From NCBI GenBank assembly GCA_963767035.1, contig CAVYBW010000001.1, positions 2,310,547 through 2,374,546 of the forward strand: a stretch of 64,000 nucleotides of DNA, read 5' to 3'. A program made the position numbers and the translations under genes. Shown here in pieces: positions 1 to 10,854 of this stretch; the stretch's first letter is position 1; each line of letters begins with the position of its first letter. Under the pieces are notes generated by a model. It had not been told where the DNA came from and made no database searches. It saw nothing but the letters and a program-made list of their open reading frames with translations. Source of the stretch: an uncultured Chloroflexia bacterium (GTDB lineage Bacteria > Chloroflexota > Chloroflexia > Chloroflexales > Herpetosiphonaceae).

Positions 1-370
1 ATCCAAACTTCTGATCCCTAGCCTCTGACCCCTAGTCCCTCGCCAAAGATTAATATTGACAACTCTTTCGCCGATATGCTATGCTTGAAACGGTTCAATA
101 AATCGATTGCTTTTGATCAAGGCCTTGGCTATAACCAAGCGATTATGGCAAGTATGGGCAGCAGAACGCCAGCAAAATCGCCAATTAGCGGCTTTTAGGG
201 CTAAATACTGGGGTTATAGTAGGCACAAACCATCAGCAATGAGCCATTTATTGAACATCTGATAGGGGTTATTGAATCGGTTCAAATCCAGCTTCGGTGC
301 AGCATCAGGAATGGTTATGGCAAACACGACTTGATGCCTGTGGCTTGGAAAGCCCACTATCAGAAGGACA

Positions 371-1939
371 ATGCAGTCTATGAAACTACGATCATTGCGC
401 CTGTTGTTTGTGTTCAACTTGCTGATCGCGTTAATTCTGACGGCTTGTGGCGGTGAAGCAACCCCCACAACCAGCCCGACCGAAGCGCCTGCCGCAACCG
501 CAACCACAGCCGCCGAAAGCCTAGCCACCGCTACTCCCGAAGCGGCTGCCGCAGCAACCGCAACCACCACAGATAGCCAACCAACCAGCGCTCCTGTCAA
601 CAACACGACCAGTTTGCCCGCCGTGCTGACACTGCCTGAGCAAATTGCTGGTGGTCGGCCAGTTGAAATTACTGTCGTTGGCATGCCACCTGAATCGCAG
701 CCAACCACCTTGGCTACCTGGAAAGAGCAAGTTGCGCGCTTCCAACAAGCCTATCCTAATGTGACGATCATTGGCAGCGATTATGCCTATGCTCCCGATA
801 CGTTCGCTGCATTGATCGCTGGCAATCAAGTGCCAACCCTGTTTGAAGTTTATTTGACCGATGTTAGCAAAGTGGTCGAGCAAGAAATTGCCAGCGATTT
901 GAGCAGCGTGATCAGCGCCAACAAACTCGATGGCTTGTTTAATCCCAATATTTTGGCCATTGCCTCAAAAGATGGCAAAATCTATGGGATTCCTCGTTTT
1001 GCCTATGCGATGGGCTTGGGCTATAACATCGACATGCTCAAAGCCGCTGGTTTTGACGCGCCCCCAAGCAGCTGGGAAGAATTGGCAACTATGGCCAAAA
1101 CCTTGACCAATCGCGATACCAACGTCGCTGGTTTCTCGTTTATCACCGATGGCGGCAACGCCACTGGCTGGCAAGTAACCACGATTGCCTATACCTTCGG
1201 CGCAAAACAAGCCGATTTGGTCAAAACCAACGGCGATGGTACTTATAGCGCAGGCTTTGCCACAGGCGCGACAGTCGATAGCTTGAACTACATCAAAGAA
1301 TTGCGCTGGACACACGACGTTTTGCCACGCGAAAATCTCGATTGGGCACGTAACGGCGAAGCCTTGGCGACTGAACGCGCGGCAATGGTGGTGATGGCAG
1401 GCGATCAATTTAACTGGATGCGCACCACCTTCCCCGATGTTGATCTCAAGAAGTTTGGCTTTGCGCCATTGCCAGTTGGCCCAAATGCCAAGAGCGTTTC
1501 ATTGGTTGGTGGCAACATTGCGATGGTGAACGCCAGCGCCGATGATGACCAAAAAGAAGCCGCCGCCTACTTCCGCTTGTGGACTCAATTCGACCCTGCC
1601 GAAATTCAAATTGGCTACGATTTGAGTGCCAAAGACCCACAATACGTGATTGGTGCACCAGTCTTGCCATTGTATGTTGGCGATTATCAGACGGCGCTCG
1701 ACACGCTGCAAGCCAAATATGCCAACCTACCAGTTGAAAATTATCAACTATTCCGCGATGCGGTAACCTCGGGCCAAGTTGCCTTGGAGCTTGAGCCAGC
1801 GATTGCCGGCCAAGATTACTATGCCGCGATGGGCACGGTTGTTAGCAGCATCCTCACCGATCAAGCGATTGATCCAGCGGCGAACCTGACTGAAGCCGCC
1901 ACAACCTTCCAACAAAACGTCCTTGACCAATTGAAATAA
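371..1939 (+). CDS. ABC transporter substrate-binding lipoprotein (sugar/solute-binding family 1) with a long Ala/Thr/Pro-rich linker after the lipobox
   Basis: Signal peptide and lipobox (LILTACGG); low-complexity TPTTSPTEAPAATATT linker; family-1 SBP-like body; followed by two permease genes. Confidence 0.8.
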   Translation: MQSMKLRSLRLLFVFNLLIALILTACGGEATPTTSPTEAPAATATTAAESLATATPEAAAAATATTTDSQPTSAPVNNTTSLPAVLTLPEQIAGGRPVEITVVGMPPESQPTTLATWKEQVARFQQAYPNVTIIGSDYAYAPDTFAALIAGNQVPTLFEVYLTDVSKVVEQEIASDLSSVISANKLDGLFNPNILAIASKDGKIYGIPRFAYAMGLGYNIDMLKAAGFDAPPSSWEELATMAKTLTNRDTNVAGFSFITDGGNATGWQVTTIAYTFGAKQADLVKTNGDGTYSAGFATGATVDSLNYIKELRWTHDVLPRENLDWARNGEALATERAAMVVMAGDQFNWMRTTFPDVDLKKFGFAPLPVGPNAKSVSLVGGNIAMVNASADDDQKEAAAYFRLWTQFDPAEIQIGYDLSAKDPQYVIGAPVLPLYVGDYQTALDTLQAKYANLPVENYQLFRDAVTSGQVALELEPAIAGQDYYAAMGTVVSSILTDQAIDPAANLTEAATTFQQNVLDQLK

Positions 1940-1950
1940 GTAGGACACAA

Positions 1951-1982
1951 AGCCTCGCTCTCAGCGTATTGGGAGCGAGGCT
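1951..1982 (+). terminator. Stem-loop (10-bp stem AGCCTCGCTC/GAGCGAGGCT) between the SBP and permease genes; possible attenuator or partial terminator, with no U-tract
   Basis: Perfect inverted repeat read directly, immediately after the SBP stop. Confidence 0.35.
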
Positions 1983-2011
1983 TCGTTGCAACAGCGCGAA
2001 GGAGTTTTTCA

Positions 2012-2944
2012 ATGAAGGTTGCCCAATCGAAGCTGATTGCAGCCAAAAGCCCGGGGCGGCTGCGGCCACGGATTCAGTGGCGAAACCAGTTTTATGCCTA
2101 TCTTTTTCTCTTGCCAGCGCTCATAATTTTTATCTACTTCACTTGGTATCCGATGGTTACGGCAGTGATGTATAGCTTCCAAAAAGTTAAACTCAATGGC
2201 AATTCAACTTGGGTTGGCTTTGATAACTACCAGCGGATGTTTAATAATCCGCTGTTTTACACTGCGTGGCGCAATGTATTTCACTTTACGATCCTGAGCT
2301 TGTTACTGGGCTTTGTGGTGCCAATTATCATCGCCCTGATGATTAACGAATTGCGCCGTTTAGGTGGCTTATATAGCGTCTTGGCCTACCTACCAACCCT
2401 GATTCCGGCCACAGTCGGTTTGTTGGTTTGGCGGCAGCTGTACGCACCTGAGGGTGGCTTTATCAATAATCTGCTGGCAAAAGTTGGCATCGCACCGCAA
2501 CTCTGGCTGCAAAACCCCGATTTAGTTAAGCCGGCCATGATTGTGATTATGACATGGGCTGGGGTTGGTGGCACAATTTTAATCTACCTCGCGGCGCTAC
2601 GTGAAATTCCACAGGAATTGTATGAGGCAGCGCAGCTTGATGGCTTTTCGGTGCTTGATCGGATTATCTACATCGCCTTGCCATTAATTTCCTCGCGCAT
2701 GTTGATGTTGCTGATGCTGCAAGTGATTGCGGTGGTGCAAGTATTCTCCGAGCCATTTCTATTAACCGAGGGCGGCCCAGCCAATAGCACGGTCACGCCC
2801 GTTTTGGAAAGCTACCGGATTGCCTTTGCTCGCAACGATTTTGGCCTAGCCTCGGCGTGGAGTGTTTCGCTGTTGGTCGTGCTTTCGCTCTTTTCGGTAG
2901 GCTATGTTTGGCTCTCGATGCGCCAACCCAAGCATGCCGATTAA
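2012..2944 (+). CDS. ABC transporter permease (MalF/UgpA-like)
   Basis: AAGGAG RBS 7 nt upstream; multi-TM; EAA-like loop (LAALREIPQELYEAAQLDG). Confidence 0.85.
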   Translation: MKVAQSKLIAAKSPGRLRPRIQWRNQFYAYLFLLPALIIFIYFTWYPMVTAVMYSFQKVKLNGNSTWVGFDNYQRMFNNPLFYTAWRNVFHFTILSLLLGFVVPIIIALMINELRRLGGLYSVLAYLPTLIPATVGLLVWRQLYAPEGGFINNLLAKVGIAPQLWLQNPDLVKPAMIVIMTWAGVGGTILIYLAALREIPQELYEAAQLDGFSVLDRIIYIALPLISSRMLMLLMLQVIAVVQVFSEPFLLTEGGPANSTVTPVLESYRIAFARNDFGLASAWSVSLLVVLSLFSVGYVWLSMRQPKHAD

Positions 2945-2971
2945 TCATCTTCAGCCAACAAGGAGCAGCGT

Positions 2972-3847
2972 ATGAGTTCAAGCATGGGCATTATGTCAGA
3001 GGTCGAGTCGCGCTCGCGGCGTGGCACAATTATTCGGGTTGTAGTAGGGATTATGCTGGCCCTATTTAGCTGTGGCTTGCTTTTCCCGTTTATCTTTACC
3101 TTCACGGCTGGCTTGAAAACCAGCAGCGAAATTTACCAGCCAGGCCTGAATTTATGGCCTGAAGTGGCGAATTGGGAGAATTATAGCGAAGCATGGACGC
3201 GCTTCAATATGCCGCGCATGTTTCTCAACACCTTTGCTGTGACCTTGGGCGGCGTGGTTGGCCAACTGATGGTTTGTTCGATGGCGGCCTATAGCCTTTC
3301 GCGGCTCAAGCCAATTGGCCAAAAAGTCATTATGACCATGCTCTTTGTCAGTATGGCGATTCCAGCGATTGCCTATATCATTCCGTTGTACACCACCTTG
3401 GTCAAATTGCCACTGTTCAATATCAGTTTGCTGAACAGTTATTGGGGCTTGTGGCTGCCGTATGCGGCCAATGCCTTTACAATTATTGTGCTTAAAAACT
3501 TCTTCGAGCAAATTCCGCAAGATATTTATGATGCGGCGATGGTCGATGGTGCTTCGCCAATTCGCATTTTTTGGAGCATCACCCTGCCACTGGCGCGGCC
3601 AATTCTGCTGACCTTGGCAGTTTTGACCTTTATTAGTCTTTGGAAAGATTTCTTGTTACCATTGTTGGTATTGCGCGATGCCAAATTGCAACCAGTCACA
3701 GTGCGGCTGTTTGCCTTGGTCAAGGATTTCCCCAAGAATTTGCAAATGGCGGCTTCGTTCACCGCGATGGTACCACCGTTGATCGCGGCGCTGTTGCTAC
3801 AACGCTTTATCAAAGGCGGCTTGACCATCGGCGGGAGTAAAGGCTAG
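2972..3847 (+). CDS. ABC transporter permease (MalG/UgpE-like)
   Basis: AAGGAG RBS; multi-TM; DAAMVDGAS EAA motif. Confidence 0.85.
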   Translation: MSSSMGIMSEVESRSRRGTIIRVVVGIMLALFSCGLLFPFIFTFTAGLKTSSEIYQPGLNLWPEVANWENYSEAWTRFNMPRMFLNTFAVTLGGVVGQLMVCSMAAYSLSRLKPIGQKVIMTMLFVSMAIPAIAYIIPLYTTLVKLPLFNISLLNSYWGLWLPYAANAFTIIVLKNFFEQIPQDIYDAAMVDGASPIRIFWSITLPLARPILLTLAVLTFISLWKDFLLPLLVLRDAKLQPVTVRLFALVKDFPKNLQMAASFTAMVPPLIAALLLQRFIKGGLTIGGSKG

Positions 3848-3862
3848 TCATAGAAAGCGTTT

Positions 3863-5011
3863 ATGTCGAATCTTAAACAACTTGCCGAACTGACCGAACT
3901 ACCAATGTTGACGGTCTATCAGGCGCTTGAAGGCGTGGCCCATGTCACGCCTGCTGTGCGCGACCAAGTGTATGCTGCCGCCGCCAAACTCAAATATAGC
4001 CTCAACATTACGATTCGCGATGTTGCGGCATTGGCGGGCGTTTCAATTGGCACGGTTTCGCATGTGCTCAACGGCAACACTCGCACCAAATCCAGCACTC
4101 GCCAACGGGTATTGCAAGCAATCACCGAACTCAATTATCGCCCCAACAGCATCGCCCGCGGTTTGAAATCCAACCATACCCGTTTGATTGGCTATGGCTG
4201 GCACAAAAGCGAAGATCCCAGCCGCCCCAACGCCCTGCTTGATCGCTTTTTATATGAGCTGGCGCAGGCAGCCGAGGCCTGGGGCTACCATATTTTGACC
4301 TTTGCCCAGCCCAACCCTGCTAGCACCAAGCCCTATGCTGAGTTAATGCAAATTGGGCGGATCGATGGCTTGGTGCTAAGCGATATTAGCTATAACGATC
4401 CCCGGATTAACTATCTGCTCAAAACCGATTTGCCGTTTGTGAGCTTTGGCCGCGCCAACAGCGATTGGAACTTTCCAGCGGTCGATGTTGATAGCAAGCT
4501 AGGCATGAAATTGGCGATTGAGCATTTGATTGCCCGTGGGCATGAGCAAATTGGCTTGTTGTGCTGGCCTGAGGGCATGCGCATCGGCGATGAGCGCTTG
4601 CAAGGCTATTGTGCAGCCTGCGAGGCAGCGGGATTAAGCATCAATCAACGCAACATTCGCCAGATTCCCAACGCCGTTGATGCAGCCTTTGCTGCCACCC
4701 AGGAACTACTCAATCAACAGCCACGAATTACCGCGCTAGCCTGCGCCAACGATGTGATGGCGTTTGGGGCCAAGCGCTACCTTGATTTGGCCGGCTTGCA
4801 AGTCGGGGTTGATTTGGCCTTGACCGGCTATGATGATTCGCCGATTGCCGAATTGTTGGAATTAACCTCGGTGCGCCAGCCAATTGATATGGTGGCGGCC
4901 AAAGTGATTGAGCTATTGATTGGCGAAATTGAAGCCACGCCCATTGCCCGCCAACAGATTGTGCTAGAGCCAACCCTGATTGTGCGCGCCAGCAGCCGCA
5001 AACAGCGTTAA
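3863..5011 (+). CDS. LacI-family transcriptional regulator with an N-terminal extension that looks like a partial duplication of the HTH
   Basis: HTH 'ITIRDVAALAGVSIGTVSHVLNG...RQRVLQAITELNYRPN' plus periplasmic-binding-like sugar domain; extra upstream 'AVRDQVYAAAAKLKYSLN' segment. Confidence 0.8.
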   Translation: MSNLKQLAELTELPMLTVYQALEGVAHVTPAVRDQVYAAAAKLKYSLNITIRDVAALAGVSIGTVSHVLNGNTRTKSSTRQRVLQAITELNYRPNSIARGLKSNHTRLIGYGWHKSEDPSRPNALLDRFLYELAQAAEAWGYHILTFAQPNPASTKPYAELMQIGRIDGLVLSDISYNDPRINYLLKTDLPFVSFGRANSDWNFPAVDVDSKLGMKLAIEHLIARGHEQIGLLCWPEGMRIGDERLQGYCAACEAAGLSINQRNIRQIPNAVDAAFAATQELLNQQPRITALACANDVMAFGAKRYLDLAGLQVGVDLALTGYDDSPIAELLELTSVRQPIDMVAAKVIELLIGEIEATPIARQQIVLEPTLIVRASSRKQR

Positions 5012-5047
5012 ACAACAACCCCGCGCCAAGTAGCACGGGGTTGTTGT
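5012..5047. terminator. Bidirectional terminator-like hairpin between convergent LacI and PP2C genes
   Basis: ACAACAACCCCG...CGGGGTTGTTGT 12-bp stem. Confidence 0.45.
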
Positions 5048-5066
5048 ATTGGAATAAAAGACCAGT

Positions 5067-6308
5067 TTAGGGCGTTGCGGTTGGTTGTTGCAGCGTTGGT
5101 GTTAAACCAGTTGTTGCAGTCGCCAACGTCGCAGTGGTAATGGGTGCTAAAGTTGTGGTTGGCTGGGTTGTTGGCATTAACGAAGGCACGGCCACCACAT
5201 TTTGACTTGGTGTTGCCGTCGTATCGGGAAAGAACATGCTCATTGGGGGCAATTTAAAGAAATATAACACCCCTACTAAAGCCGCCAAAACTACCAGCGA
5301 ACCTAAAATCCCCCATCCTGTTAACCCACTACTTTCAGTCTTGGCAGCAGGCTTGGCCGAGCTAACAGGCCGAGCATGAGCTTCTGCCATGGCTGGAGTT
5401 AAACGACCTGAAGCACTAATTGGCACATGCTGTTGCGTTTCGTCATCGTGCATGCCTGCGACCGGCATTGGTGCAGTTCCAGTTGGCCCAACCGGCAATT
5501 CAAATTCCTCGGTGATCGGGTCGGCGCTGCGCCCTGAGGTCAATGGCTGGTTCAATAAGGTTTCCAATAATGGATCATTATCGGCAAGCTCATCAAGTTC
5601 ATCGACTTCGACCAACAAGGCAGTGATATTATCGTAGCCACCAACCCCATTGGCCAGATCAATCAAGCGTGGCACAATTTGCTCAAATGGCAACGTATTG
5701 ATCGTGCGTAAGATCGTCGATTCATCAACGAAGCCATGCAAGCCATCGGATGAGATCAAAAAGCGATCGCCAGCCTGGACCGGCTCGCGAAACACATCAA
5801 CTTGAACCTCGCGTTGATGCCCAACTGCGCGGGTAATGATGTTTTTGATCTTTGATTGTGATGCTTGTTCGCGGGTCATCAGCCCAGCGCGCACTTGCTC
5901 TTCCACAAATGAGTGATCAACCGTTACTTGGCGCATCGAGTTATTACGAATTAAGTACGCTCGACTATCGCCAACATTGGCTAGAAACGCCACGTTTTTG
6001 AAGATTAGCAAGGCCACCGAAGTGGTTCCCATATTGCCACGGCCACGATCAAACACAGCCTGATTAGCACTCACGATCGCCGTAGTGAGGGCTTTGGGAA
6101 TATCGCTTTGAACAACGGTCGGAAATGTTTCGAGCATAGTTTGCACAGCCGTCTGACTGGCAACTTCGCCAGCTAGATGACCGCCCATGCCATCGCAAAC
6201 AACATAAAGTTGGATTCCGTTTGGTAGCGGGTCGCCCACGCCATAGGCATCTTGGTTAACTTCGCGTGAACGCCCAATGTCGGTTTGTGCGCTGTGGCGT
6301 AGCTTCAT
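5067..6308 (-). CDS. PP2C-family Ser/Thr protein phosphatase with a C-terminal TM segment and a Thr/Pro-rich extracellular tail
   Basis: DIGRSREVNQDAY and DGMGGH motifs; GGAG RBS before the ATG at 6308; TM then TTQPTTTLAPITTATL tail. Confidence 0.8.
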   Translation of the reverse strand: MKLRHSAQTDIGRSREVNQDAYGVGDPLPNGIQLYVVCDGMGGHLAGEVASQTAVQTMLETFPTVVQSDIPKALTTAIVSANQAVFDRGRGNMGTTSVALLIFKNVAFLANVGDSRAYLIRNNSMRQVTVDHSFVEEQVRAGLMTREQASQSKIKNIITRAVGHQREVQVDVFREPVQAGDRFLISSDGLHGFVDESTILRTINTLPFEQIVPRLIDLANGVGGYDNITALLVEVDELDELADNDPLLETLLNQPLTSGRSADPITEEFELPVGPTGTAPMPVAGMHDDETQQHVPISASGRLTPAMAEAHARPVSSAKPAAKTESSGLTGWGILGSLVVLAALVGVLYFFKLPPMSMFFPDTTATPSQNVVAVPSLMPTTQPTTTLAPITTATLATATTGLTPTLQQPTATP

Positions 6309-6523
6309 CGATACTCCTGTCAATCCCGGGACGATTTACATCGTGAGTGTATCGGCGCGAGTATAGCATAGGCCGTACTATGCGGCAACAATTCAATCAC
6401 GAATTAACGAAACTGTGAGCTATTTTTGTTATTGTATTGATCATCTGGGTGAATGTCTATAGGCAGTTAGCCCAAAAAGCCCTGTGCTATAATTGCGCAA
6501 TTAAAAGATCCGCATGAAAGGTA

Positions 6524-7492
6524 TTGGTTTTTTCTATGGCATTTGCAATCGGGATTGATCTCGGTGGCACGCATTTGCGAGCTGCATTAGTAGACCGAGA
6601 TGGTGAAATTCTTGCTCATGAACGGATTCGCACCGAAGCTCACGAAGGTGCTGAAGCAGTTGTTGGTCGGATTACCCAATTAATTAACGCCATGATCGCT
6701 GCGGCGAATGGTGCAACGATTGTCGGCGCTGGCATCGCCGCCCCAGGCCCACTCAACCCCTTTACCGGCACCGTCATCACCATGCCCAACTTGCCAGGCT
6801 GGGAAAACTTCCCCATCCGCGAACGGATCGCGGCCCAAGTACCATTTCCGGTCGTACTTGGCAACGATGCCAACTTGGCAGCCGTCGGTGAATGGTTGTT
6901 CGGCGGCGGGCGTGGCATGCAAAATATGATCTATGTCACAATCAGCACTGGGGTTGGCGGCGGTGTAATCTGCGATGGCCGATTGTTGCTTGGCCACAAT
7001 GGCTTTGCCGCCGAGGTTGGCCACATGGTGCTCGACCCCCACGGGTTTGCGCCGGCTACGGCAACCCCTGCTGGCTCGTGGGAAGCACTGGCATCAGGCA
7101 CATTCTTGGCCTACCACGCCGCCGAAGCGATGCGGGCTGGCACTGAAACGGTGCTGAATCAACTAACCACGCCTGATGCGGTTACGACTCATCATTTGGA
7201 TTTAGCGGCCCAACAAGCTGACGAGTTGGCTATTCGCTTGATTGAAAATGCTGGCTTTTGGTCGGGGATTGCCTTTGTCAACCTCTTGCACATGTTCAGC
7301 CCTGAAGCAATTTTCGTGGGCGGTGGGGTCTCCAACTTAGGTGATCGCTTGCTCAACCCAGCGCGGGCTGAAATTACCAAACGCGCGCTGCCGGGCTATC
7401 GCAATGTGCCAATTCACCAGACCAAGATGGGCGATAACCTTGGGGTGCTTGGCGCAGCCGCCTATGCATTTAGCTCAATCGAACACGCCTAG
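6524..7492 (+). CDS. ROK-family sugar kinase (glucokinase-like). Start ambiguous: TTG at 6524 or ATG at 6536
   Basis: IGIDLGGT N-terminal ATPase motif; ROK-like Cys/His region. Confidence 0.75.
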   Translation: MVFSMAFAIGIDLGGTHLRAALVDRDGEILAHERIRTEAHEGAEAVVGRITQLINAMIAAANGATIVGAGIAAPGPLNPFTGTVITMPNLPGWENFPIRERIAAQVPFPVVLGNDANLAAVGEWLFGGGRGMQNMIYVTISTGVGGGVICDGRLLLGHNGFAAEVGHMVLDPHGFAPATATPAGSWEALASGTFLAYHAAEAMRAGTETVLNQLTTPDAVTTHHLDLAAQQADELAIRLIENAGFWSGIAFVNLLHMFSPEAIFVGGGVSNLGDRLLNPARAEITKRALPGYRNVPIHQTKMGDNLGVLGAAAYAFSSIEHA

Positions 7493-7583
7493 TTCTCTTT
7501 ACAAGCCGCTCGGTTCCAAAGCATCGCTTCAATGCGCTTTTGGGTCTTGGCGGCTTGGCGTTTTTAGCACAAAGGATCGTTGC

Positions 7584-8480
7584 ATGTCGTCAAGGATTCG
7601 CCGCAGTGAAATGACTTGCCCCGCGCATAGCCTGGCCATGATCACCAAAGCCGCCGCCTCTGATGCCGATGAAGTGATTATTGATTTGGAAGATGCCTGC
7701 GCGGTTTCGCAGAAAATTGCTGCCCGCGCCACGGTGATTCAAGCCTTGCAGACGCTTGATTTTGGCCAGAAAATTGTGGCTGTACGGCCAAACGCCGTCC
7801 AAACCCATTATCACTACCGCGATGTGGTCGAAATTGTCGAGGCTGCTGGAGCTAAAATCGATGTTTTGGTGATTCCGAAAATCGAAAGTGCCGATGATGT
7901 GCGGTTTGTCGATCGCTTGCTGAGCCAAATCGAAGCCAACATTGGGCTAAACCTTGGCACAATTAAGCTCGAAGTATTGATCGAAGGCACGCGGGCCTTG
8001 CAAGCAGTTGAGCAAATTGCCAATGCTTCGCCGCGTTTGGAGAGCCTAATTTTTGGTTTGGCCGATTATGCAGGCGATTTGGGCGCACGCTCGACTGATG
8101 ATCAATGGGGCATGTTTGCTTACCCCAAACACAAAATGCTGGTTGCCGCCAAAGCGGCTGGGCTTGAGGCGATCGATAATGTGACCTTTGCTTTTCGTGA
8201 TGCTGAGGCCTGCCAACGTGATGCTGAGCGCGCCGCTGCCATGGGCTTCGATGGCAAATGGGCAATTCATCCGACGCAAGTGCCAATTATCAACCAAGCT
8301 TTTTTACCAAGCGCCGCCGAAATTGCCGAGGCCCAACGCTTGATCAATGCCTATCAAACTGCCGATCAACAGGCAGGCTTGGGCGCAATCGCGATTGATG
8401 ATCAAATGATCGATGCAGCGAGTTTGCGGGTGCATGCCAAAAAATTAGCGCTGGCTCAACGTGCAGGCTTACTGGAATAG
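7584..8480 (+). CDS. HpcH/HpaI aldolase / citrate lyase beta-subunit (CitE)-like CoA-ester lyase
   Basis: ORF track starts at 7341; internal ATG at 7584 has an AAAGGA RBS; motifs IIDLEDA, PKIES, GLADYAGDLG. Confidence 0.7.
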   Translation: MSSRIRRSEMTCPAHSLAMITKAAASDADEVIIDLEDACAVSQKIAARATVIQALQTLDFGQKIVAVRPNAVQTHYHYRDVVEIVEAAGAKIDVLVIPKIESADDVRFVDRLLSQIEANIGLNLGTIKLEVLIEGTRALQAVEQIANASPRLESLIFGLADYAGDLGARSTDDQWGMFAYPKHKMLVAAKAAGLEAIDNVTFAFRDAEACQRDAERAAAMGFDGKWAIHPTQVPIINQAFLPSAAEIAEAQRLINAYQTADQQAGLGAIAIDDQMIDAASLRVHAKKLALAQRAGLLE

Positions 8481-8493
8481 TTTATGTGAGTTT

Positions 8494-8598
8494 GCCCCCC
8501 TGCACCCCCTAAAGCTCAACAGGTGGCATACAGAAATCTTACGCTACCAAAACGCCCCTCGCCCGCGTGCAGTGGGCGAGGGGGCTGGGGGGTGAGGC
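8494..8598. repeat. GC-rich hairpin repeat family member (CCCCTCGCCCGCGTGCAGTGGGCGAGGGG + CTGGGGGGTGAGG)
   Basis: Perfect 10-bp stem hairpin read directly; same family recurs at nine or more sites. Confidence 0.7.
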
Positions 8599-8700
8599 AA
8601 CCAATCGTGTCATCCTATAGCTCAATCAATTTCGTGCCTCATGATATACTGTGAGCAGACTGACATTGCAAGCCCTCACACATAGGACATAAAAAACACA

Positions 8701-10503
8701 ATGGCTGAACAGACGCACATTCGCAACTTTAGCATTATCGCCCACGTCGATCATGGTAAAACTACCCTCTCGGATCGCCTGTTGGAAGTGACCCAAACCC
8801 TTTCATCACGCGAGATGCGTGCCCAAACCCTCGATGCCATGGATTTGGAACGCGAAAAGGGCATCACAATCAAGATGCACCCCGTCCGGCTAGAATATAC
8901 CGCCAAGGATGGCCAGCAATATGCCTTGCATATGATTGACTGCCCTGGTCACGTTGACTTTAGCTATGAAGTTTCACGCTCGTTGCAAGCCTGTGAAGGC
9001 GCATTGTTGATTGTTGATGCTTCACAAGGCATCGAAGCCCAAACTTTAGCTAATGTCTACCTTGCACTCGAAAACAATCTCGAAATTATTCCAATCTTGA
9101 ATAAAATCGACTTGCCTGGCGCTGAGGTTGAGCGCGTTTCCGAAGAAGTCGAACGTGTATTGGGCTTGCCACGCGAAGAGATTATTTTGGCTTCGGGCAA
9201 AGAAGGCACGGGCGTTCCCGAAATTCTTGAAGCGATTGTCGCCCGAATTCCACCACCCAGAGGCAAAAATGAAGCGCCAGCCCGCGCTTTGATTTTTGAT
9301 TCGCAATACAACGCCTACAAAGGGGTTATTGCCTATGTTCGGGTGGTCGATGGCACAATTCGCACTGGCGATAAATTGCGCCTAATGGGTACCGACGTGC
9401 TGACCGAAGCCATGGAAATTGGCTTCTTCCGACCTGGCATGGTTGCTGGGCAATCACTCAGCGCTGGCGAAGTTGGCTACATCGCCACAGGGTTGAAGTC
9501 GGTGCGCGATTGCCAAGTTGGCGATACAATCACCCTAATCGATAACCCTGCGACTGATACGCTAGCGCCTTACGAGCCAGCCAAGCCAATGGTGTTTGCG
9601 GGCTTGTATCCGGTCGATTCAGGCGATTACACCTTGTTGCGCGATGCGCTGGATAAGTTGCGCCTAAATGATGCTGCACTTTCGTTTGAGCCAGAAACTT
9701 CAGCCGCGCTCGGTTTTGGCTTTCGGGCCGGCTTCTTGGGCTTGCTGCATATGGAAATTGTGCAAGAACGGCTCGAACGCGAATACAACATTGATCTGTT
9801 GATCACTGCTCCAAGCGTAGAATATCAAGTTTTGACCAACGATGGCGAAATTCTGATCATCGATAATCCATCAGAATTGCCTGATGTTGGCTTGATTGAT
9901 CAGATTGAAGAGCCAATGATGTCGATCAGCATTATTGTGCCAACCCGCTATATCGGCACGGTGATGGAGCTAGTTACCAACAAACGTGGCGTATTCCAAA
10001 GCATGGATTATTTGGATCAAGAGCGGGTGTTGATGAAATATGAAATTCCGCTCTCAGAAATTGTGATCGATTTCTACGATTCGCTCAAATCACGGACCCA
10101 AGGCTATGCTTCGCTGGATTATCATCTGAGCAGCTATCGCGCCTCGGATTTGGTCAAACTCGACGTGTTGGTCAATGGAACGGCAGTTGATGCACTTTCG
10201 ATGATCACTCACCGCGATAATGCCTATCGCCAAGGCCGCCAATTGGTCGAAAAGCTGCAAAAGCTGATTCCACGCCAAATGTTTGAAGTGCCAATTCAAG
10301 CGGCGGTTGGCTCACGGGTAATCGCCCGCGAAACCATTCGGGCAATGCGCAAAGACGTGTTGTCGAAATGTTACGGTGGCGACATCAGCCGTAAGCGCAA
10401 GCTCTTGGAAAAGCAAAAAGAAGGCAAGAAGCGCATGAAGATGGTTGGTAATGTCGAAATCCCTCAAGATGCGTTTATGGCGGTCTTGAAGCTCGACAGC
10501 TAG
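8701..10503 (+). CDS. lepA: Translation elongation factor 4 (LepA)
   Basis: [18 protein letters not shown]-domain; full-length LepA architecture. Confidence 0.95.
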   Translation: MAEQTHIRNFSIIAHVDHGKTTLSDRLLEVTQTLSSREMRAQTLDAMDLEREKGITIKMHPVRLEYTAKDGQQYALHMIDCPGHVDFSYEVSRSLQACEGALLIVDASQGIEAQTLANVYLALENNLEIIPILNKIDLPGAEVERVSEEVERVLGLPREEIILASGKEGTGVPEILEAIVARIPPPRGKNEAPARALIFDSQYNAYKGVIAYVRVVDGTIRTGDKLRLMGTDVLTEAMEIGFFRPGMVAGQSLSAGEVGYIATGLKSVRDCQVGDTITLIDNPATDTLAPYEPAKPMVFAGLYPVDSGDYTLLRDALDKLRLNDAALSFEPETSAALGFGFRAGFLGLLHMEIVQERLEREYNIDLLITAPSVEYQVLTNDGEILIIDNPSELPDVGLIDQIEEPMMSISIIVPTRYIGTVMELVTNKRGVFQSMDYLDQERVLMKYEIPLSEIVIDFYDSLKSRTQGYASLDYHLSSYRASDLVKLDVLVNGTAVDALSMITHRDNAYRQGRQLVEKLQKLIPRQMFEVPIQAAVGSRVIARETIRAMRKDVLSKCYGGDISRKRKLLEKQKEGKKRMKMVGNVEIPQDAFMAVLKLDS

Positions 10504-10516
10504 CGCATAAGTTGCT

Positions 10517-10718
10517 CTCACTCCAACCCCTCTCCCGTGCGCGGGCGAGGGGCTTTTTCGTTCTGTGGTTCATTCATAAATCGCGCTCTTTTGTTGGGCT
10601 GCTCCCCCTCGCCCGCAGTCAAGGGGAGCACGGCGTCTCGTGACCACGCATCATGCAAAAACACCAACTTAAGCCCCTCGCCCGCGTGCAGTGGGAGAGA
10701 TGGGTGTGGTAAGGGAAC
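10517..10718. repeat. Cluster of three GC-rich hairpin repeat units (same family)
   Basis: CTCACTCCAACCCCTCTCCCGTGCGCGGGCGAGGGGC; GCTCCCCCTCGCCCGCAGTCAAGGGGAGC; AGCCCCTCGCCCGCGTGCAGTGGGAGAG... Confidence 0.7.
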
Positions 10719-10737
10719 ATTAATAGCAACATGAGGT

Positions 10738-10775
10738 AAAACTCCACACTGATTAAAAAGTGTGGAGTTTTTTTG
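10738..10775 (+). terminator. Rho-independent terminator after lepA
   Basis: AAACTCCACACT-loop-AGTGTGGAGTTT followed by TTTTT. Confidence 0.7.
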
Positions 10776-10854
10776 TGCTTGTGATACTTCGGCATGTGGT
10801 TGGTATTAACTAACGAACGTTCATTGAGCTTCGAACCTAGCGCGAGGTAGCCTC

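Noticed and set aside
214-708. 164-aa minus-strand ORF rich in Ala/Val
   Set aside because: Antisense to the Ala/Thr-rich linker of the SBP gene; low-complexity mirror ORF, no RBS.
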